Shown: piece after piece, positions 9,244 through 18,766 of the stretch
Layout of the letters: every line of letters begins with the position of its first letter
Numbering within the stretch: the stretch's first letter is position 1
From: Spirochaetia bacterium
Lineage (GTDB): Bacteria; Spirochaetota; Spirochaetia; UBA9216
Assembly (NCBI GenBank): GCA_963677925.2
Contig: CAXXYH010000004.1
Coordinates: 1,408,001-1,472,000, forward strand
Length of the DNA stretch: 64,000 nucleotides
Direction of reading: 5' to 3'
The notes under the pieces: model-generated
What the model was told of the DNA's origin: nothing
The model's input: only the letters and a program-made list of their open reading frames with translations
Databases searched by the model: none
Translations under genes and position numbers: made by a program

Positions 9244-9948
9244 ATGCAGATTATTAAAGATGTATATCAGCTTTGCGGTTCCCCCTACGGTCTTGCGAGA
9301 GCCGTATCAAACTGCTATGCCGTAAAAGGCCAGGATTCTGTAATTCTTATAGATTCCGGAGTTGATGAAAATCAGCTTAATATAATAGATGCAAACATGA
9401 AATACTGGGGACTTGATAAGTTCCCGGTATCTCATCTGCTTATTACTCATTCCCATTTTGATCACAGCGGTAATGCCCATGTTTTTAAAGAGCGGGGTGC
9501 AGTTGTTTATGCCGGTCCCGGCGATGCAGAAGGAATTGAGAAGGGCGACGACCGTACCATCGGATATGCCTTTAACAGAACATTTCCAGTCTGTAAAGTT
9601 GATACAGTTCTTAAGGATGGTGATGTTATACAGGCTGGCGGTTTGGAGTTTAAGGTTATTCATATGCCCGGTCATACTGCAGGAAGTCTTATTTTCAGTA
9701 TTGAAATGGAAGGCCGTCTAATCTTTTTTACCGGAGATGTAATCAATATAAGTGCTGAATGTGATGAGGCTCTGCTGGGCTGGAACGGCAGTGTTGACTA
9801 TGACAAGGCTGCGTATTTTCAATCAATAACAAAGATTAAAGATATGGAACCGGATATAATTCTCGGCGGACATTTTGACAACTGCCTGATAGATTCTGGA
9901 AGGATTATCAAAAACGCCTACCTTAAGGCGCTTCTCGAGCTAAGATAG
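9244..9948 (+). CDS. Metallo-beta-lactamase-fold hydrolase
   Basis: THSHFDHSG (HxHxDH), PGHTAG, FTGD, GGH. Confidence 0.92.
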   Translation: MQIIKDVYQLCGSPYGLARAVSNCYAVKGQDSVILIDSGVDENQLNIIDANMKYWGLDKFPVSHLLITHSHFDHSGNAHVFKERGAVVYAGPGDAEGIEKGDDRTIGYAFNRTFPVCKVDTVLKDGDVIQAGGLEFKVIHMPGHTAGSLIFSIEMEGRLIFFTGDVINISAECDEALLGWNGSVDYDKAAYFQSITKIKDMEPDIILGGHFDNCLIDSGRIIKNAYLKALLELR

Positions 9949-9988
9949 AGAAACTTCTTTCCCTTTCTGTTTCCGGTTCTGAACTATA

Positions 9989-10061
9989 TGATTGTTTAAA
10001 TCTTCAAAACAATCAAAATAATCAAAACAAACTTGACGTATTGACCACACAATGTTAGTAT
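9989..10061 (+). promoter_or_regulatory. ulaG sigma70-type promoter with upstream candidate operator
   Basis: TTGACG (10033-38), 17 bp, then TAGTAT (10056-61) with an extended -10 TG. Inverted repeat TGATTGTTT-N9-AAACAATCA at 9989-10015. Three tandem TCAAAAYAA units at 10004-10030. Confidence 0.65.
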
Positions 10062-10084
10062 CGATATATAGTTAAGAGGTAATT

Positions 10085-11149
10085 ATGAGTAAAATTGATG
10101 ATATAACTAGAGAGTCCTGGATTCTGAGCACTTTTCCTGAGTGGGGAACCTGGCTTAATGAAGAAATTGAAAATGAAATCGTAGCAAAGGGTACCTTTGC
10201 AATGTGGTGGCTGGGCTGTACGGGTATCTGGGTTAAATCAGAAGGCAACACAAATATTTGTATTGATCTCTGGGTTAAGACCGGAAAAAAGACACAGTCA
10301 AACCCATGGATGACTGAGCAGCATCAGCATCAGAGAATGATAGGCTGCAAGAAGCTTCAGCCCAACCTGCGGAATGTTCCCTGTGTGCTCGATCCCTTTG
10401 CAATTAAGAAGGTCGATGCTATTCTTGCTACCCATGATCATGGCGATCACATAGATGAAAATGTTGCCGCCGCTGTAATACAGAACTGCGACAGCTGTGT
10501 TCCCTTTATAGGTCCTCAGGCATGTGTGGATCTATGGATCAAATGGGGTGTACCTGAGGAGCGCTGTAAGGCTGTTAAGCCTGGTGATGTTGAAAAGGTA
10601 GGTGATATTGAAATTATCGCTCTCGATTCTTTCGACAGAACCGAGCTTGTTACCGCACCTAAGGGGGTTACGCTAAAGGGCAAAATGCCTCAGGACATGG
10701 ATAATATTGCGGTTAACTATATAATCAAGACTCCCGGCGGTTCTCTCTATCACAGCGGAGACTCTCACTATTCAAATTATTATGCAAAGCACGGTAATGA
10801 ACACGATATTGATGTTGCTCTCGGTTCATACGGAGAAAACCCAAGGGGAATGACCGATAAGATGACATCTGTTGACATACTCAGGATGGCAGAATGTCTG
10901 AATACAAAGGTTGTAATCCCTTTCCACCATGATATATGGACTAACTTTCAGGCGGATCCGCAGGAAATCCGTGTCCTCTGGGATATGAAGAAAGACAGAC
11001 TCCAGTACAAATTTAAACCTTTTATATGGCAGGTAGGCGGAAAGTTTGTTTATCCTGCTGATAAGGATAAGCTTGAATACCACTATCCGAGAGGTTTTGA
11101 TGATGCCTTTGCGATTGAACCTGATCTTCCGTTTAAATCATTACTTTAG
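10085..11149 (+). CDS. ulaG: L-ascorbate-6-phosphate lactonase
   Basis: Diagnostic N-terminus [40 protein letters not shown] and PFHHDIW, 354 aa. Confidence 0.95.
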   Translation: MSKIDDITRESWILSTFPEWGTWLNEEIENEIVAKGTFAMWWLGCTGIWVKSEGNTNICIDLWVKTGKKTQSNPWMTEQHQHQRMIGCKKLQPNLRNVPCVLDPFAIKKVDAILATHDHGDHIDENVAAAVIQNCDSCVPFIGPQACVDLWIKWGVPEERCKAVKPGDVEKVGDIEIIALDSFDRTELVTAPKGVTLKGKMPQDMDNIAVNYIIKTPGGSLYHSGDSHYSNYYAKHGNEHDIDVALGSYGENPRGMTDKMTSVDILRMAECLNTKVVIPFHHDIWTNFQADPQEIRVLWDMKKDRLQYKFKPFIWQVGGKFVYPADKDKLEYHYPRGFDDAFAIEPDLPFKSLL

Positions 11150-11178
11150 CTATTTATAATCTGAAAAATTGAATACTT

Positions 11179-11207
11179 AAGCAGCCTGTCAGGGGCTGCT
11201 TTTTTTT
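11179..11207 (+). terminator. Intrinsic terminator after ulaG
   Basis: Stem AAGCAGCC / GGCTGCTT followed by a T run. Confidence 0.85.
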
Positions 11208-11308
11208 GTTCTCCTGTCTTTTTATTGAGATTAGCATACGTTTTGATTGTATATATAATTTATTGAGTGTTAACGTACTCAAAACGATAAAAAAGAACAA
11301 AAAAAAGC

Positions 11309-11337
11309 TTGCGATATGAAAAGTTTAACTGTACTAT
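11309..11337 (+). promoter_or_regulatory. Promoter of the Dpp/Opp operon
   Basis: TTGCGA-17 bp-TACTAT preceded by an A-rich UP-like tract. Confidence 0.6.
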
Positions 11338-11407
11338 AGATCTCATAACTGCTAAAAAGATCATTATTTATCAGCTCGAATAATAGTTTGTGCAAGGAGA
11401 ATACCAA

Positions 11408-12397
11408 TTGCTTCAATACATAATCAAACGTATTTTAATGATGATCCCGGTCCTTTTAGGTGTTTCCGTTATTGTTTTTGCTCTGCAGGTTTTTACCCCC
11501 GGTGACCCTGCTGATGTTGTACTTGGTGCAACAGCCAGCGATGAACAGAGAGCAGAATGGAAAGCTAAATATGATCTGGATAAGCCCATTTACTACCAGT
11601 ACGTAAAGTACATGAAAGGATTAATCACAAAAGGAGATTTCGGAATCTCATACAGAACCGGAACTTCACTGAACAGCGAAATTGCGCACAGGTGGCCTAT
11701 TTCTTTGAAGCTTGCAATCTGCAGCGTTGTAATCGGATGTCTGATAGGTATTCCGCTGGGAATACTCTCTGCCCAGCACAGAGGGAAACTGCTGGATGCA
11801 ATTGCAAGAATTTTAGGAATTCTGGGTATATCTATCCCAATGTTCTGGCTTGCGTATCTTCTGATTATGCTGTTTGCGATCAACCTGAAACTGCTTCCGG
11901 TTTCCGGCCTGTATTCATTTAAACACTGGATACTTCCGGCTTTTACAATGGGAATCTTAAGTTCAGCTTCCATACTGCGTGTTGTCCGTTCAGCTGTTCT
12001 GGACAGTATCTCACAGGATTTTGTGAGAACTGCAAGGTCCAAGGGACAGAAGGAATCAGTTATCACCCGTCATCATATACTTAGAAACTCACTCATTCCC
12101 ATCATCAACAGTGTAGGAACCGAGTTTGCAACCAACCTTGGCGGTTCGGCAGTTATAGAAACTGTATTTGTAATCACCGGAATGGGCGTACTGATGGTTT
12201 CGGCTATAAATAACCGTGATTACGCACAGCTGAGAGCCTGTGTAATTCTGGTAGCTCTGGCTGTTTCAATTGTCAATCTGTTTATTGACCTGGCGTATGC
12301 CTTTATTGACCCGCGCATAAAGGCGCAGTTTAAAAGCACAAAAAGAATGAAGAAGAAAACAGCCGCAATCATGGATAAGGATGAAACAGATGAATGA
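11408..12397 (+). CDS. Peptide/nickel ABC permease (DppB/OppB-like)
   Basis: YIIKRILMMIPVL, PGDPA, GDFGISY and DFVRTARSKG. TTG start after AAGGAG. Confidence 0.93.
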   Translation: MLQYIIKRILMMIPVLLGVSVIVFALQVFTPGDPADVVLGATASDEQRAEWKAKYDLDKPIYYQYVKYMKGLITKGDFGISYRTGTSLNSEIAHRWPISLKLAICSVVIGCLIGIPLGILSAQHRGKLLDAIARILGILGISIPMFWLAYLLIMLFAINLKLLPVSGLYSFKHWILPAFTMGILSSASILRVVRSAVLDSISQDFVRTARSKGQKESVITRHHILRNSLIPIINSVGTEFATNLGGSAVIETVFVITGMGVLMVSAINNRDYAQLRACVILVALAVSIVNLFIDLAYAFIDPRIKAQFKSTKRMKKKTAAIMDKDETDE

Positions 12398-13271
12398 AAC
12401 TGAGGTAAAAATGGAAGGCGCATACAAGCATCGAAGCATGTTTGCTGTTTCAATGAGAAGATTGCTTAGAAACAAGACCGCTATGCTTGGTCTTCTGATT
12501 CTGATTGTAATAATTGTTTTATGTGCAATGGCAAATGTAATCTGCCCTGAAGGATATGATGCACAGAATATTGATGACCGCTTTTTAGGCCCCGGCCAGG
12601 ACTATATATTCGGAACAGACGGATTGGGACGCTCAATGCTTGCAAGAATTCTTTATGGAGGAAGATCATCGCTTCTTATAGGTTTTTCAGCAGCTGTAAT
12701 CAGTGTGTTTTTTGGAGTGATCTTCGGCCTGGCATCTGCTTTTTACGGAGGCAAAACTGACAACATAATTATGCGTATTCTTGATGTCCTCAATGCCATC
12801 CCTCCCATGCTCCTGGCTATCTGCGTATCAGCGCTTTTCGGAGGTACGGTAAGAAACTGCATCATCGCAGTCGGCATAGCTTGTATCCCAGGCTCCACAA
12901 AGGCAATAAGAGGTCCTGCACTGTCGGTTATGGGGCAGGATTTTATTGAAGCAGCAAGAAGTATTGATGCCGGTGACTGGAGGATAATGCTGAGGCATGT
13001 CCTGCCCAGTATAAGCAGTATGCTTATAGTTAACTTCACCATGCGTGTCGGACTGTCTGTTCTTATAGCCTCTGCCCTGAGTTTTCTGGGGCTTGGAGTT
13101 CAGCCGCCGTCTCCTGAATGGGGCGCGATGCTTGCAAGCGCCCGTACCTACATGCGTAATTATCCCTATCTCGTAACAATTCCGGGAAGCGCCATTGCTC
13201 TGGTTGTTTTATCTATGAATTTGTTTGGTGACGGGCTTCGTGATGCCCTTGACCCCAAACTGAAGTATTAA
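12390..13271 (+). CDS. Peptide/nickel ABC permease (DppC/OppC-like)
   Basis: FGTDGLGR, FIEAARSI, LSFLGLGVQPPSPEWGAML, GDGLRDALDP. Confidence 0.93.
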   Translation: MNETEVKMEGAYKHRSMFAVSMRRLLRNKTAMLGLLILIVIIVLCAMANVICPEGYDAQNIDDRFLGPGQDYIFGTDGLGRSMLARILYGGRSSLLIGFSAAVISVFFGVIFGLASAFYGGKTDNIIMRILDVLNAIPPMLLAICVSALFGGTVRNCIIAVGIACIPGSTKAIRGPALSVMGQDFIEAARSIDAGDWRIMLRHVLPSISSMLIVNFTMRVGLSVLIASALSFLGLGVQPPSPEWGAMLASARTYMRNYPYLVTIPGSAIALVVLSMNLFGDGLRDALDPKLKY

Positions 13272-13283
13272 GGCGGAATTGAA

Positions 13284-14267
13284 ATGAGCGAGAAAATATT
13301 ATCCATCAATGATCTTACAGTACATTACTTCACCGATGATATGGGCATCAGTAAGGCTGTAAATAATTTTTCAATAGATATACGGGAAGGGGAAACCTTC
13401 GGGCTGGTCGGCGAAACCGGAGCCGGAAAGACTACCGTTGCACTGAGTATACTTGGGCTTCTGCAGGCTCCTCCGGGTAAAGTTCTGGGAGGTTCAATCA
13501 ACTATAAGGGAAAGGACCTTCTGAAGATGAAGGCTTCTGAAATGCGGAAGATTCGCGGTAAGGAAATTTCCATGGTTTTTCAAGATCCGATGACAGCCCT
13601 GAATCCTATAGACAGGGTAGGGGATCAGATTGCCGAGGTTATTTACCTCCATCAGGGATGCAGCCGCAAGGAAGCTCTTAAAAGGGCTGCTGAAATGCTT
13701 GAGCTTGTTGGAATATCACTGGATCGGTTCCGGGAATTCCCTCATCAGTTTTCAGGCGGAATGAAGCAGAGGGTTGTAATCGCCATGGCGCTTGCATGTT
13801 CACCCCAGATCCTGCTGGCTGACGAACCTACCACTGCACTTGATGTGACAATACAGGCCCAGATGCTTGAAATGATGAATAACCTGAAAAAAGAGCTTAA
13901 AACCTCGGTACTCATGATTACCCATGACCTTGGAGTAGTTGCTGAAATGTGTGATCGGGTAGCTGTAATGTATGCCGGTGAGATTCTTGAGGTAGGCAGT
14001 CCGGTAGATATCTTCAATAACACTGCTCATCCATATACCAAAGGACTGTTTTCTTCCCTTCCGGGGTATATGAAAAACTCCAAAAGGCTGCTGCCTGTTC
14101 CCGGGCTGATGCCGGATCCGGCGAACCTGCCGAAGCTATGTAAATTTGCACCCCGGTGTCAGAGCAAGTTTGATTTGTGTGAGAAGGAACTTCCGGAACT
14201 CGTAGAAATATCGGACGGTCATTTTGTTCGCTGTTTATTGTGCTCTAAAGGAAAGGATTGCAGATGA
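13284..14267 (+). CDS. Peptide ABC ATP-binding protein (DppD-like)
   Basis: GETGAGKT, FSGGMKQR, DEPTTALD, C-terminal Cys-rich oligopeptide domain. Confidence 0.95.
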   Translation: MSEKILSINDLTVHYFTDDMGISKAVNNFSIDIREGETFGLVGETGAGKTTVALSILGLLQAPPGKVLGGSINYKGKDLLKMKASEMRKIRGKEISMVFQDPMTALNPIDRVGDQIAEVIYLHQGCSRKEALKRAAEMLELVGISLDRFREFPHQFSGGMKQRVVIAMALACSPQILLADEPTTALDVTIQAQMLEMMNNLKKELKTSVLMITHDLGVVAEMCDRVAVMYAGEILEVGSPVDIFNNTAHPYTKGLFSSLPGYMKNSKRLLPVPGLMPDPANLPKLCKFAPRCQSKFDLCEKELPELVEISDGHFVRCLLCSKGKDCR

Positions 14268-15214
14268 GTAATTTGATCGAAATTAAGAACTTAAAGAAAT
14301 ATTTTGAAACAGGAAACGGCTATCTTCATGCCGTCGATAATGTGAGTTTCTCAATCAAGACAGGAGAAACACTTGGAGTTGTAGGAGAATCGGGCTGCGG
14401 TAAATCAACTCTCGGAAGGGTTCTGATTCATCTGCTCGAGAGTACCGGCGGTGAAATTTTATACCGGAACAATGATATTACCAAGGTATCTAGAAAAGAG
14501 CTCAGTAAGCTTAGACGGGAAATGCAGATCATCTTTCAGGATCCGTATTCATCACTGAATCCCAGAATGACTGTCTATCAGATAATCTCTGAACCTCTGG
14601 TCATTGCTAAAAGCTGTTCCCGGAAAGAGATTTCTGAAAGAGTTTACAGGATAATGGATACGGTAGGTCTGGCCAGACGGCTTGTAAACTGTTACCCGCA
14701 TGAACTGGACGGAGGCAGAAGGCAGCGTATCGGTATAGCCAGATCGCTGATACTTGATCCTGATTTTATTGTATGTGATGAACCTGTTTCCGCACTGGAT
14801 GTTTCTATTCAGGCACAGATCATAAACCTGCTGCTTGATATTCAGCAGGAGAAAAATCTGACATACATATTCATTACTCATGATCTGATGGTCGTCAAAT
14901 ATATATCAGATAATATTATGGTCATGTATCTAGGCCAGATCGTTGAGTATGCTGATAATGAAGAGCTTTTTGAAAATCCGGTACATCCGTATACTCAGGC
15001 ACTGCTTTCAGCTGTTCCTGTTCCCGATCTTCAGGAGAAAAAAGAAAGAATAATAATGAAGGGAGAAATCCGTTCCCCCATCGATCCCCCGCCGGGATGC
15101 CGGTTTGCTGCAAGATGCGCTTATGCTACAGATGTCTGCAGATCAAAAAATCCGGTGCTGACAGAACTTTATCCCGGACATATGGTTGCCTGCTTTCATC
15201 CGCAGGGGAAATAG
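14264..15214 (+). CDS. Peptide ABC ATP-binding protein (DppF-like)
   Basis: GESGCGKS, DEPVSALD, GCRFAARC. Start overlaps the upstream stop (ATGA). Confidence 0.95.
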   Translation: MSNLIEIKNLKKYFETGNGYLHAVDNVSFSIKTGETLGVVGESGCGKSTLGRVLIHLLESTGGEILYRNNDITKVSRKELSKLRREMQIIFQDPYSSLNPRMTVYQIISEPLVIAKSCSRKEISERVYRIMDTVGLARRLVNCYPHELDGGRRQRIGIARSLILDPDFIVCDEPVSALDVSIQAQIINLLLDIQQEKNLTYIFITHDLMVVKYISDNIMVMYLGQIVEYADNEELFENPVHPYTQALLSAVPVPDLQEKKERIIMKGEIRSPIDPPPGCRFAARCAYATDVCRSKNPVLTELYPGHMVACFHPQGK

Positions 15215-15266
15215 AGAATAAAAAAAATTGTGAGATATCACAACAAAAATATATTAGGAGAGAAGA

Positions 15267-16889
15267 ATGAAAAAGAACGGTTTTACTGTTAAGCTGCTTG
15301 TTGCCCTTGCTCTTGCAGCAGTTCTTGTTCTGTCTGCATGCAGTAAAGACAGCTCGGATGACGGTGCAAAGGCATCTAAGGACACCCTTACGATAGCCTG
15401 TAATGCCGATCATGGAAATGTGAATAAGGCGGACTCAATCGGAGACAATGCAGCAATGCTTGCTTCACTGGCGACAAACTCATTGTTTGATCAGTATTAT
15501 AAGGAAGACGGCAGTATCGGTTTCGGTATCTGTGACAGAAGTCTTGCGGAGTCCTACCAGTTTGATGATGACTATCTTGGTATAACCATCAACCTTAGAA
15601 AGGGTGTGAAGTTTCAGAACGGAGTAGAGATGAAAGCGTCCGATGTAGTATTTTCACTCGGATTTTTCTCATCCAAATCCAATATGAAATTCATAGATTT
15701 CGAAAATGCTGCTGCAGTAGATGATTACACTGTTCATATTCCGCTGAACTACGTGTACAGAAGCGTTCTTAAAGCTTTGGGAATAATCGGTATCTGGAGT
15801 GAAAAGTACTGGGAAGAAGTCGGCGGTGATGCAGCAGTGTTCTTCCATGATGCTCCTATAGGAACCGGTGCTTTTCAGATTGTAAAATACATAACAGATG
15901 ACTATGCAGAACTGAACCGCTTTGATGATTATTTTGAAGGACCCGCCAAGCTTGCTAAAATCAGAGTAAGGTTTATCGGAGAAGCCTCTGTTGCCTTTGC
16001 TGAACTTGAAACAGGCGGAGTTGATTATATTTTTACACCCGGCGGAACAGATGTTAAAAATGTTCAGAACGGTGAGTATGGTGATGATTTTCAGGTTTAT
16101 TCCGCTCTGCAGGAAAATGCATTCCTGATTGGTTTTAACGGCTACAGCAAGGCTCTTAAAGATATCAAAGTAAGACAGGCTGTTGCACATGCAATTAACC
16201 GATCTTCAGTAACTACAGTTTTCTCGGGTGTTGCAGCTGATATCTATACAATTCTCAGTAATGCCCCCGGTACAATGACCGATTATTCAAAAAACTGGTT
16301 TTATCCGTATGATCCCGCTGCTGCTAAAGCAAAACTGAAGGAAGCCGGTTATGAGGATCGAGACAACGACGGTCTGGTTGAAGATGCTTCAGGTAATAAG
16401 ATTACACTGCGGTATCTTTACATAGGACCCAACCAGATGTATGCTGCCGCAGGTGAAGTCATGAAGAGCAACCTTGCCGATGTCGGAATTACTCTGGAAC
16501 TGCTTGGATACGATGTTCCAACCTACGATGCAATGATGAGAAACGATGTACAGTCATGGGATTTCTTTGAAATGAACATGGCAAGTATTGCCGGTTCACA
16601 GGGATGGAACTATACACCGGAAACTTTAATGATAACCTACAACCATATTGATCAGTATGAAAACTATGGTGAATACTACAGCAGATACATCGAGCCCATG
16701 AATACAACTCTTGATGATGATAAGTGGTGGGAGATTTTCAGGGATTTTGAAGATGCTGCACTTACAGAGTTCTTATACTGGTATCCGCTCTGCCAGAGAC
16801 TGGATTTCTCAATATACGCTTCAAATCTTAAGGATTTTGAAAGGGTAAATACCCAGACCTGGAATCTGAAAGATACTTATTTTGAATAG
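15267..16889 (+). CDS. ABC substrate-binding lipoprotein, family 5 (DppA/OppA-like)
   Basis: Lipobox LSAC, LRKGVKFQNG..MKASDVVFS, PIGTGAF, VRQAVAHAINR. Confidence 0.9.
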   Translation: MKKNGFTVKLLVALALAAVLVLSACSKDSSDDGAKASKDTLTIACNADHGNVNKADSIGDNAAMLASLATNSLFDQYYKEDGSIGFGICDRSLAESYQFDDDYLGITINLRKGVKFQNGVEMKASDVVFSLGFFSSKSNMKFIDFENAAAVDDYTVHIPLNYVYRSVLKALGIIGIWSEKYWEEVGGDAAVFFHDAPIGTGAFQIVKYITDDYAELNRFDDYFEGPAKLAKIRVRFIGEASVAFAELETGGVDYIFTPGGTDVKNVQNGEYGDDFQVYSALQENAFLIGFNGYSKALKDIKVRQAVAHAINRSSVTTVFSGVAADIYTILSNAPGTMTDYSKNWFYPYDPAAAKAKLKEAGYEDRDNDGLVEDASGNKITLRYLYIGPNQMYAAAGEVMKSNLADVGITLELLGYDVPTYDAMMRNDVQSWDFFEMNMASIAGSQGWNYTPETLMITYNHIDQYENYGEYYSRYIEPMNTTLDDDKWWEIFRDFEDAALTEFLYWYPLCQRLDFSIYASNLKDFERVNTQTWNLKDTYFE

Positions 16890-16908
16890 TATACAGTTTT
16901 AAAGATTC

Positions 16909-16945
16909 AAAAGAGTAAGCCTGCTGCAGGCTTACTCTTTTTTTT
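16909..16945 (+). terminator. Intrinsic terminator of the Dpp operon
   Basis: Inverted repeat AAGAGTAAGCCTG / CAGGCTTACTCTT followed by a T run. Confidence 0.85.
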
Positions 16946-17011
16946 GCCGTTATTGCTGTTTTAAATACAGTTATAATAGAAGAAAACAAAAGAAAATACG
17001 ATTCACCGCAT

Positions 17012-17044
17012 AAAAAAGGAGATGCCCGTAAGGGCATCTCCTTT
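17012..17044 (-). terminator. Intrinsic terminator of the FAD/CCG operon
   Basis: Stem AAAGGAGATGCCC / GGGCATCTCCTTT with a 4-nt loop and a U run on the minus strand. Confidence 0.85.
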
Positions 17045-17078
17045 CAAAATTGTTCGGGCGACGATTCAAAGAATCTAC

Positions 17079-18752
17079 TTATTTCTCCAATGCTTCAAGC
17101 TTTTCAGGGGTAAGTGTCCTGAAGTAGCTTCCGCACAGGTTTTTCGGGTTAATTGCTTTGCGCATCTTGTACTGGTAGGCATATACCCATGGCTGAGCAG
17201 CCTTGATCATAAGTTCATCATGCTCTTCCTGGGTAAAGTTGTATCCATTCATGTGGCGTACGTCAGAGTTCCATCTGCAGAAGTCAGGACCAAAGCTGTG
17301 CTTATTGTGGAATTCCTGGTTTCCGTCCATAAAATCACAGGCGCCTTTGACAGAGTTCTTGTCATATGAGTCGAAGTTTGTAAAGAATTCCCAGCCTGTA
17401 GCTCCACCGCCTCCGATACCGGAAGTTGAACCCATTGCTGAGTCTCCGCCGGTGGCTGCAATTGAGTCATGCTCAAGTTCCCACTTTCTCTTAATTGCAA
17501 CGGCATCTTCGATGACTTCGATAGTCTTCCATACGTTGGGAGCAAGACCGAATGTACCTTCATAAGCACCGCACATTACGTAGTTAAGGTTCTTGTGACC
17601 GAGTCTTGTAAGGTAAAGAAGGGCATAGTCCATCATGTCCTTATCAAGCATCATTTCATTCTTCCAGCCGCCTGTCTGTTCGAGGATGTAGTCAACTGCT
17701 GCTTCCTTGTACTCAAAGTCTCTCTGTGTCATACCGGCAATTACGATATGATAATCGAGTTTCATACTTTCATTTTCTTTCTGGATTACAGGGTCTGCAA
17801 GTACTGTTTCAAGGTCTGATAGCTGAAGTTCAGGGCTGTTGATAATCTTGAGCATTGCTGCCTTAAGGTTTCTGCCGAACATGCTGAACTGTCTGTGGCC
17901 AAGGTAGAGTACATCGCTTTCGTGGAAGTACTGAACACTTCGTGCCCATGCCTTCCAGTCGGGGAAACACATAGTGTAGCACTTGAAATTATCACCGAAA
18001 TCGGCTCTGTATGCAGGAATTGTTCCTCTTGTGGGGAAGTCTTTTGGGCCCGGCCATGGGTGAAGTCTTACAGCCATCTTTGTACAGATACCTGATGTAC
18101 CTGCTGTACCAAAAGTACCTCTGAGCATACCTCTCTGGCTTGGTCCGGGGCCTTCGCCGCAGAACCAGTCATCACTTGAACCAAGTGAACCTGTTTTAAG
18201 AAGTTCGCCGTTGGGAAGAATCCATTCTGAGGCAAGAAGGTTTTCAGGAGTTGAACCCATGAAAATTGTTCCGGGACCGAATCCAATCCAGCCTGCGGTA
18301 CTTGCAAGAGTTGAACTTGAGCATCCTACACCGGGGATATTAAGGTTGAGTCCTACTTTCATGGCTTCTGCCTGAACTGTAGCTGCAATTGCATAGGGCT
18401 CAATGACTGCTGTCATATTTTTAACATCAATTTCAACGCTTTTCATTCTTCTGAGGTCAATCTGAAGACCGTAGTCTGAACCGATATGGCCCATTGTTGA
18501 CCAGAAAGTAGAAGCAGCTTTGAATTCAATATCGTACTTATTACATAATTTAACTATCTGCTGAACTTCTTCTGTTGTTGAAGGAAGAATTACAGCCTGC
18601 GGGATTGGAGTCCAGACTTCTGATGGTCCATAGTGAGCTGAACTCTGAGATGGAATACTTCTATATGTTTCACATACCCCGATATCTTCAGAAACGTTTC
18701 TTTTTCCTACAATATCTTCAAGGGCCTGGTATATTTCTCTTGAAAAAGCCAT
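17079..18752 (-). CDS. FAD-binding oxidoreductase (FAD_binding_4; VAO/PCMH/GlcD superfamily)
   Basis: PQAVILPSTTEEVQQIVKLCN, IDLRRM, VIEP, EWILPNGELLKTGS, GTSGICTKMAV, C-terminal KAINPKN. AGGAGG SD. Confidence 0.85.
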   Translation of the reverse strand: MAFSREIYQALEDIVGKRNVSEDIGVCETYRSIPSQSSAHYGPSEVWTPIPQAVILPSTTEEVQQIVKLCNKYDIEFKAASTFWSTMGHIGSDYGLQIDLRRMKSVEIDVKNMTAVIEPYAIAATVQAEAMKVGLNLNIPGVGCSSSTLASTAGWIGFGPGTIFMGSTPENLLASEWILPNGELLKTGSLGSSDDWFCGEGPGPSQRGMLRGTFGTAGTSGICTKMAVRLHPWPGPKDFPTRGTIPAYRADFGDNFKCYTMCFPDWKAWARSVQYFHESDVLYLGHRQFSMFGRNLKAAMLKIINSPELQLSDLETVLADPVIQKENESMKLDYHIVIAGMTQRDFEYKEAAVDYILEQTGGWKNEMMLDKDMMDYALLYLTRLGHKNLNYVMCGAYEGTFGLAPNVWKTIEVIEDAVAIKRKWELEHDSIAATGGDSAMGSTSGIGGGGATGWEFFTNFDSYDKNSVKGACDFMDGNQEFHNKHSFGPDFCRWNSDVRHMNGYNFTQEEHDELMIKAAQPWVYAYQYKMRKAINPKNLCGSYFRTLTPEKLEALEK

Positions 18753-18766
18753 TATTTTACCTCCTG

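Noticed and set aside
10004-10030. Tandem 9-bp repeat as a VNTR or phase-variation tract
   Set aside because: There are only three imperfect units abutting a -35, which fits a protein-binding site better.
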